From an uncultured Planctomycetota bacterium (lineage in GTDB: Bacteria; Planctomycetota; Planctomycetia; Isosphaerales; Isosphaeraceae): a DNA stretch of 64,000 nucleotides. The notes below the pieces were generated by a model. The model worked only from the letters and a program-made list of their open reading frames with translations, made no database searches and was not told the DNA's origin. Shown one piece after another: positions 56,861-64,000 of the stretch. The translations under genes and the position numbers were made by a program. The stretch is taken from assembly GCA_963845755.1 (NCBI GenBank), contig CAWJTV010000011.1:864001-928000 (forward strand), read 5' to 3'. How positions within the stretch are numbered: position 1 is the first letter of the stretch; every line of letters begins with the position of its first letter.

Positions 56861-56981
56861 GCTCGGAGTCCTCCCCACGGCCTTGATGGATGCGGGCGGT
56901 TGGGCCTGTTCCGAGTCGGGAATGGTACAGGGACGCGGCCGGTCGGCCGATCGTCACGGCTTGCCACAATGGGGATCGCGC

Positions 56982-57745
56982 TCACTCCCACGCCGAGCGG
57001 AGCCAGATGCCGCCGTCGACGGCCAGGGCGGTGCCGGTGATGTAGTCGGCGTCGTCGGAGCAGAGGAACACGGCGGCCTTGCCGATGTCGTCGGGCCGGC
57101 CGAGGCGGCCCCAGGGGAGGGTCGCGCCGGCCTTGGCGATCGCCGCGCTACCGAAGGCTTCGTGCTCGCCGGGCGTGTCGATCCAGCCGGGCTCGATGAC
57201 GTTCACGTTGATCCGGTACTTGTACAGCTCGGCGGCGATCGTGAAGGCCATGTTGTTCAGGCCCCCCTTGCCGGCGTTATAGGCGATGCTCCGCGCATAC
57301 GGCGTGTGGACGTGGCAGCTCGAGATAAACACGATCTTGCCCCCGCCGCCCCGCTCGACCATGTGCCGCGCCACGAGCTGGCTCATGTGGAACCCGCCGG
57401 TCAGCGTCCCCTCGATCACCTTGGTGAACGCCTCTGGATCGTATTCGAGGAAGTCGGCCCGGTGCTGGTAAGCCGGGTTGCTGACGAAGATGTCGATGCG
57501 TCCCAGGCCGTCGATCGCCCGCGCGACGACCTCCTCGCACGACGGCCGGCGGAACACGTCCCCGTCGACGAGCACTGCGCCCGGCCCATCGCCTGGATCT
57601 CGGCGATGACCGACTCGGCCTGTTCCGTCTTCTCGCGGTCGTTGACCGCGACGTCGGCCCCCGCGCGGGCCAGCTCCAGGGCGCAGCCGCGCCCGATCCC
57701 CCGCGCCGCGCCGGTCACCAACGCCGTCTTGCCGTTGAGTCTCAT
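56982..57745 (-). CDS. SDR family oxidoreductase (frameshift near 57578)
   Basis: TGAARGIG, YNAGK, IEPGWIDT, VDGG. Confidence 0.9.
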
Positions 57746-57937
57746 GATCGCTGCTTCTGCACAAATGAGAATGTCGATTACAACTCGTCCGGTTCAGATG
57801 GACAGGATACCCGCCGCGACTTCGCCGGGCAAGCGACCCATCGGCCGATCCGATCGTTGGGGCTTACCATTTTTCCACAACCGAGCCCGTGGCGCCAGAC
57901 TCTTTATCTCTGCGGAGGCTTGCAGCCGTTCAGGGTG

Positions 57938-58591
57938 ATGACCCAAGGAATGACGATCGTGCAATCGGACCAGCCACAGTATGCGCGAACCCGACCGACA
58001 AGGACGCTATCTTCGGCGAAGCCGCCGGTGAAGCTGTACGTCCCGTTCCACGCGGTTCATCAGGTTGCCGTCTCGGGTGTCGTGACGAAGTCGCCTCATT
58101 TCTACCCGTTCTATGCGGGGCCAAGGTGGGCCGAGCTGAACGCGGTGAAGGCCAGCGGCAAGCTCATGGCCAACGGGAGTTTCGTCTTTGCGGGAACCAA
58201 TCAAGGCTCGATCGAGCAGGCGCCCGCGGTTTATGTCTGGGGGGTAGACCGCAACGGCAACCTGCCCACGGGGCCGTTCGCGGGCCGCCCGAACGTCAAG
58301 TTCGACGCCATCGTGATCGTCCGGCTCGATGCTTCGCTCAAGCCGACGGCGCAGGTCGTCGACCTGGTCCGCGGCACCACGACCGACCTGCCCGCGTTCG
58401 ATGTGCGAATCAGGGGTCGCAAGATCGCGGTGACGGTCCCCGAGAGCCTGCTCCCCTCGACGGGCCTGGCCCCCACGCGGTACCGCTTCAACTACTGGCC
58501 TGAGGATGGCGGACCACCCGTCTCCGCGTCCGTCGCCAGCTTCGCGCCCGAGTTCACCACGGCGCAAGTGGGGACCGCGCGCCGCCATTGA
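57938..58591 (+). CDS. Hypothetical protein (beta-rich)
   Basis: Coding-like GC3 pattern, YVWGVDR...YRFNYWP; start uncertain. Confidence 0.55.
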   Translation: MTQGMTIVQSDQPQYARTRPTRTLSSAKPPVKLYVPFHAVHQVAVSGVVTKSPHFYPFYAGPRWAELNAVKASGKLMANGSFVFAGTNQGSIEQAPAVYVWGVDRNGNLPTGPFAGRPNVKFDAIVIVRLDASLKPTAQVVDLVRGTTTDLPAFDVRIRGRKIAVTVPESLLPSTGLAPTRYRFNYWPEDGGPPVSASVASFAPEFTTAQVGTARRH

Positions 58592-59211
58592 TGGCGATCC
58601 CGCCCGTTGCGAAATGGCCGCCGCCCCTCCCGACCCGCTATCGGATCGATCGGCACAATGTGGGATCGGATTTCTCCGATCCTTCTGGACTTGCCGGACC
58701 GCAGGCCGTATCGTCGAGTAGCGTGACTCGGCGATTCGAAGCGGTGAACTCCGGGCGGGAGGCTTCGACCCATGTCTTTGCGCAATGCCATGGCGCAGCG
58801 TCTGGCCGGACGCGGTCAGGCCCTTGCGAGAAACGCACTCATCCTGGCGGCCCTGGGGCTGACGATCATGCTCGGAACCTCGGCTCCGTCCACATTGCTC
58901 GCCCAGACCGGTCGAAGTCCGTTCGAGGATCTGCCGGGCACTTCCGGCTCGTCCGATAAGCGGGATGGCTTCGCTTCCGCGTCGCAGTCCCGGGAAGCCA
59001 ATGTCCCACACGGCAGCAGCCCGATCGAGAGTCCGTCGCAGCGGGTCGTGCAGAAGTCGCGCGAATTCGCCCTCCACGGCGACAAGCAGGCGGTTTCCTG
59101 GAGCGGTACAAGGATCTAGGTCTACCTTGTCGAGCGGGTTGGGCCGTGAGGCGGGGCGGTCCCCTCGCGGGCCGGGGAGCAGAGGTTGATCTTCGTCAGG
59201 AGGTTTCAGCC

Positions 59212-61111
59212 ATGTCACAGCGCGACGAGGTTCCGCGGAGAGATGCGGAGGAGCCGGCTCGGCGATGGGCCGTATGTCGGGGTGCGGTCGCCAGAGAAGC
59301 CATCATCGGGCTGGCGATCGCGACGGCCTTGCTGGCTCCGGGATTGGTCCGGCGCAGGCACCAGACGGCCGGGATTGGGTTGGCAAGCGGGTCGTGCAGA
59401 GGTTCCACGGTCTCGAGCTTCGTGAGACGCAGTCATCCGAAAGCCGAGAACCCGATCGAATTGAGATCTACCGCGTGGAGCGAGTTCGCGACCGATGGCT
59501 CTGGCTGGAAGCCGAGGAGACGAAAACCAGCGGCTGGGTCCTGGCGAGCCAGGTGATACCGGTCGAACGGGCCATCGAATACTTCTCCGATCGAGCCCGC
59601 CGCAACCCGGACGATCCCTGGTGTTACCTCATGCGGTCCAAACTCTGGTACGACAAGGGGCGTCTCGACCGGGCCCTCGCGGATTGCAACGAAGTGATCC
59701 GGCTCGTTCCCGATGATGCCGCCGGGTATAGTAACCGCGGAGTCGTCTGGTCGGAGATGAAGAAGCAGGACAACGCCATCGACGACTACACCAAGGCCAT
59801 CGAGATGAATCCTCGATACTCCGATGCCTTTCTCGGCCGTGGCACCGTCTGGCGCGAGAAGAAGGAGTACGATATCGCCATCGCCGACTTCAACGAGGCC
59901 ATCCGAAACGATCACCGAAATGTCGCGGCCTACAACGGCCGTGGGCTCGCGCGGTATGAGAAGAGGGAGTACGACCTGGCGATCACTGACTTCGACGAGC
60001 TCATACGGATCAATCCCGGATTCTCCTGGGCGTACCACAACCGCGGTCGCGCCCGGCACGCAAAGCACGATTACGCCAAGGCCATCGTCGAGTATGACGA
60101 AGCGATCCGACTCAATCCCGACGACGCTTCGAGCTACGAGGATCGCGGCCTCGCCTGGTCCGCGGAGAAGGACCATGAGAAAGCCCTCGCCGATTTCAAT
60201 GAGGCCATCCGGCTCGATCCCAAGTCCGCTTCCGCCTACGACAGTCGCGGTCATACCTGGTCCGATAAGAAGGAGTATGACAAGGCGATCGCGGACTTCG
60301 ACCAGGCCATCCGGCTCGATCCGGATTATCGCTGGCCTTACAGTGGTCTGGGTTGGGCGTTGCGCGGCAAGAAGGAATACGCCAAAGCCATCGCCGACTT
60401 CGACCGGGCCATCCAGATCGATCCTCGGAGCCTCGATGATTACTATGGCCGTGGTTTGACATGGTCCGATCGGAAGGACTACGACAAGGCGATCGCCGAT
60501 TATAACGAGGTCATCCGGCTCGACCCGAAGTTCGCCTGGGCCTACTATCATCGTGGTTTGGCGGGCGCTACCGGAAAGAATGGGGCAGTGCCCTCGACGA
60601 CTTCGATCAGGCCATCCGCCTCGATCCCAAGGAAGCCTTTTCCCAGTACTCCCGGGCGGCGATCCTGTTCCTGACGCGGCGCGAGGGTGCGGCGGATGCG
60701 GCGCAAGCGGTGCTGGACCTCCAGGGCTGGCGCGGGAACCTGTCGATATACGCGGCGCTGCTGGATCACTTCGTCGCACGCCGCGCCGGCCAGGACGGCC
60801 GAGCGAAAGAGATCCTCGACGCGGCCAAGGCCCGATGCGACACGTCCGCCTGGCCCTATCCGATCATCGCGTACCTTCGCGGCGAGCTCGATGAAGCCAA
60901 GCTTCTGGCATCCGCCATCAACCACGACAAGATGACCGAGGCGCGGTGCTACCTCGGGCTCCAGATGCTGGCGATGGGCCGCAAAGCGGCGGCCGAGGCG
61001 CACTTCCGCTGGGTCAAGGATCGCGGTAACTCACGATTCACGCAGCATGCCCTGAGCGTCGCCGAGCTGGACCGCCTCCTGGCGGAGCGGACCCAGGGGG
61101 ATGGGCCGTGA
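59212..61111 (+). CDS. Exported TPR repeat protein with N-terminal SH3-like segment (frameshifted)
   Basis: About 10 TPRs (KAIADFDQAIRLDP); SGWVLASQVIP; C-terminal TEARCYLG. Confidence 0.88.
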
Positions 61112-61321
61112 TGCGGGGCAGATCCAGCGCCGGATGGACGCCAACGGGTCTTCGCGAACGTCCCGGCTTTTTCGCGTGTTGCCGAACGTGACTCGGCGAT
61201 CGATCCGAGCGGATCGTCCTCAACCGAGTGGGATTGACCCAGGGCACGCCCTTCCGGAGCGCCGAGGGGGGAAACCGTCAGCCCGAGGTTGTGAGAGTGC
61301 GGCTCAACGGCTCAAGTGGGG

Positions 61322-62959
61322 ATGACCGGCATGGCACAGACAAGGTCAAGACCATCGCGCTGGATGGCTCCGTTCCTCGGAGTCATGTTGGCGGTCGTTC
61401 TCGGGTGGACCGCTCAACCCGGGCGGGGTCAGGTGCCGAGCGCCGTTCAAGAACCGGCTCCCGGACGGAACCGAATCCGGCCTACACCGTTTCCCAACCC
61501 ATCCGGATCGTGCATTGGATGCCACAACCAGGACAAGAACCCGACCTATGCGCAGCCGCTCCGCGACCAGATGATCTGTCGGATGAACGAGTGGCAGTAC
61601 TACAACAAGGCCGACAAGCACCAGATCGCCTACCACCAACTGGCCTCGCCGCGGAGCCGGCAGATCGTCCGACTCCTCGGCTTCAAGGACCCCGATGCCA
61701 CGACCGTGGATTCGTGCCTCCGATGTCATGCTCTACCGGAGGTCGGCGGGCAGCCGATGAACCCCCAGTTTCTCTCCGAAGGCGTGACCTGCGTGGCCTG
61801 TCATGGTGCTTATCGAGAGTGGGTGGGCGAACATCCGGATGCGGTGATCTTACGCGGTCTGGTGCACGCGGCGAACCGACCGAAGGACTGGCTCGATCTC
61901 AACCGAAAGGAGAAGGAACAGATCAAAGGGATGACGGACCTGTGGGATCCGGTCCGACGCGCCGAGGTCTGCGCCTCGTGCCACATCGGCAACTACGAAG
62001 AGAAGAAGATCCTCACGCATGCGATGTACGCCGCCGGGCACCCCCCTTTACCGAGCTTCGAGGCGACGACCTTCAGCGATGCCGAGCCCCGGCACTGGCA
62101 GTATTTGAGGGAGAAGACCGCCGATCAACAGAAGCGGCTCCAGCCGGTTGTCGAGAAGAACCGGGAGCAAGCCGAGCTCGTCATCGTCAGCGGCCTGGTC
62201 GCTTTTCGCGAGTCGATGAAGCTTCTCTCCCGGGAGGCCAGTGCGAATCATAACGATCCACCCGGGGCCGCCTGGCCCGACTTTGCTCGGTACGACTGTC
62301 GCGCCTGCCACCACGAGCTGAGAAGCACACTCCGGACCGAGAGCCGGCGGGCCCGCGTCGCTCCGGGGCGGCCGGGCGAGCTGGAATGGCCGCAGGCCCT
62401 CGTGCCGATCGGCATCAAGCAAGTGTCGGGAGACTCGAAGAAGGCTCTCGAGGAACAGACCCGATATGAGTCACTCCTCCGGAAGTTCCACGAGGCCCTC
62501 GGCGCCCGGCCCTACGGTGACCCCCGGCGCACGATCGAGGCTGCGGACGACCTGGTGTGCTGGGCCAACGGTCTCCTGATCGGCGATAAGCGATCGCCGG
62601 TCGATGATGCCCAGGCCAGGGCAATGGTCGCCGGCCTGTGCGAACTGGCCGAGAACGACGAGGCGGGCTACGACGTCGCGCGGCAATGTGTCTGGGCGTT
62701 TCGTGCCATTTATCATGAGCTTGTGCCAGAGCCGGCTCGCGACGCCAAGATCGAGGCCGACCTCCGCAGTCTCGACGGACTCCTGTCATTGACCTTGCCT
62801 AACGCTGGCGAACAGGTGTCGATCGAGACGTCTCTCGCGCTGCGCCTTGGCGTGATCGCCAACTATAACCCCGATGCCGTTCGCGGGCTTGTCCGGGACA
62901 TGAGAGAGCGACTCCGTAAACAAGGCTGGATTCCCGCGAAGGGAGAACCGGCTAACTAG
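61322..62959 (+). CDS. Multiheme c-type cytochrome (5 CxxCH)
   Basis: Signal peptide; CIGCH, CLRCH, CVACH, CASCH, CRACH; EGVTC and MYAAGHPPL (c554/c552-like). Confidence 0.88.
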   Translation: MTGMAQTRSRPSRWMAPFLGVMLAVVLGWTAQPGRGQVPSAVQEPAPGRNRIRPTPFPNPSGSCIGCHNQDKNPTYAQPLRDQMICRMNEWQYYNKADKHQIAYHQLASPRSRQIVRLLGFKDPDATTVDSCLRCHALPEVGGQPMNPQFLSEGVTCVACHGAYREWVGEHPDAVILRGLVHAANRPKDWLDLNRKEKEQIKGMTDLWDPVRRAEVCASCHIGNYEEKKILTHAMYAAGHPPLPSFEATTFSDAEPRHWQYLREKTADQQKRLQPVVEKNREQAELVIVSGLVAFRESMKLLSREASANHNDPPGAAWPDFARYDCRACHHELRSTLRTESRRARVAPGRPGELEWPQALVPIGIKQVSGDSKKALEEQTRYESLLRKFHEALGARPYGDPRRTIEAADDLVCWANGLLIGDKRSPVDDAQARAMVAGLCELAENDEAGYDVARQCVWAFRAIYHELVPEPARDAKIEADLRSLDGLLSLTLPNAGEQVSIETSLALRLGVIANYNPDAVRGLVRDMRERLRKQGWIPAKGEPAN

Positions 62960-62989
62960 GAAACGGTCCGAGAACGGTATCCGGCCTTT

Positions 62990-63170
62990 GTAGGGTGGGT
63001 GAAACCCACCAGTACTGGGCAGTTCTTTTCACTCGTTCCCACGGTCCCCGTGGGAATGCCGTCCTCGACGCTCCGCGTCGTCCGACCGGACTGGCGGAGG
63101 CGGGGAGCACTCGGGCGGGAGGGACGCAGAAGGTCCCAGACGGCATTCCCACGGAGACCGTGGGAACGAG
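62990..63170. repeat. REP-like palindromes (GTAG-type hairpin ~62990-63010 and CTCGTTCCCAC...GTGGGAACGAG element 63032-63170)
   Basis: GTAGGGTGGGTGAAACCCACC; the second element belongs to the same family as 30079-30197. Confidence 0.75.
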
Positions 63171-63309
63171 GTTCCTCCCATCGATCGGGGCATCACACCT
63201 CCAGGACGGGATCGCCTGCCGAGTGCTGGCATTCCCCCAGGAAAAGTCGTGGCGGAAGAAACCCGCGGAACGGGAGAACGGAAGAACGGGCCGTGTGTCG
63301 CTTACACTC

Positions 63310-64000
63310 GGGTGCAGGAACGCTAATGATTTTTCACGCAGCGATGGGTGCTTGCGTGTCGCGACCTGGCCGCGCGTAGGGATGACCTGGCCGGTTGCGA
63401 ATCTGGTCGATGAATTCCTCGTCGTCGTTGAGCCAAGCCGCGCGGAGGTTGAGCACGGCCTCGGGGTTGGCGTTGTTGTTCCAGAATTTCTCGCTCCCTT
63501 TGGCGCGCTGGTTGAGCTGCTTGACCCACGATTCCACCGGGCTGCTGGTGATGGGTAATCCGACCCGGCGGTAGCGCGGGTAGTCCATGCGCGACTGATT
63601 ATTCTCCAAGTAGCCGCGCTCGCGATCGAGCACGCACCAGGGATGGTCGGGGTCGTCTTTGGGATTCGTCGGTGGATCGATCCGGCTTTGGTGATCGGCG
63701 ATCTCGCCCAGGACGTCCCCGACGCGACCTTCCCAGCACGACTCCGCCCAGTGCCGGCCCAACTCAACGCCTTGGCCAGTGGCCTTGGCCGCGGCGTGCA
63801 CGTGTTCCGCGGCGTGGACGAAATCCAGGATCGGCTCGAAGTCGGCGAAGTGACGACGCTGGATCGACCAGTTATACGGCAGGCCGTCGCTGACGAAGGC
63901 CTTGGCCGTGGCGGTGAAGAAGCCGCGCCGGTCCGCGGCGGCAGCCGCCATCCAACCGAACGTCTCGCTGTCATTCAAGGTGGCCAGCCCGGAGCGGACC
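63310..64000 (-). mobile_element. ISKra4-like transposase, partial (runs off window end)
   Basis: FVSDGLPYNW, LDFVHAAEH, YLENNQSRMDYPRYRRVGLPITSSPVESWVKQLNQR; probable terminal IR GGGTGCAGG at 63310. Confidence 0.85.

Noticed and set aside
53561..56878. 1105-aa fusion of a LolA-like repeat protein with an M14 carboxypeptidase as a novel architecture
   Set aside because: The M14 part has its own ATG and signal-like peptide at 54805. Given the indel rate, a lost stop between two genes is more likely.
59600..60650. Periodic ~102-bp DNA repeats as a CRISPR or repeat array
   Set aside because: They are coding TPR units (34 aa), with no identical repeats and unique spacers.
61322..62959. Pentaheme cytochrome as an anammox/HAO-type enzyme
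   Set aside because: It has only five CxxCH motifs and no hao/hzs context. Similar c554-like proteins are common in heterotrophic planctomycetes.

Overview
High-GC bacterial DNA, most likely from a planctomycete (Isosphaeraceae/Singulisphaera-like, inferred from the ECF sigma factor with a long C-terminal extension, tandem Uma2 genes, carboxypeptidase-regulatory-domain and TPR proteins, and the IS types). Many genes carry single-base frameshifts. Their density points to uncorrected long-read indel errors, so most 'broken' genes are probably intact. The first ~28 kb is an accessory/decay island. It holds (i) a translationally coupled pair of STAND-like P-loop ATPases (the second with wHTH + TPR) divergent from an XamI-type restriction-modification locus whose endonuclease is N-terminally truncated; (ii) a DUF4157 protein with a lower-GC C-terminal domain carrying EreA/ChaN/Tiki-like motifs, bracketed by ~88-bp direct repeats; and (iii) many IS elements (IS4 with a 10-bp TSD, ISKra4, ISAzo13, IS66 remnants) plus a three-layer nest of MITE, IS630 and a MULE-like IS that targets A/T homopolymers. 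The rest is mostly ordinary: amidase, AlkD-like protein, PEP mutase, asnB, larE-like, two Uma2, cupin, SDRs, STAS, M48 peptidase, double thioredoxin, patatin, double GDPD, M14 carboxypeptidase, TPR protein and a pentaheme cytochrome. Small lower-GC islets in this part encode a Tad2/DUF2829-like protein and a HEAT-like + permuted papain-like gene pair. I saw no rRNA, tRNA or CRISPR array. All family calls come from motif recognition by eye; no database searches were run.
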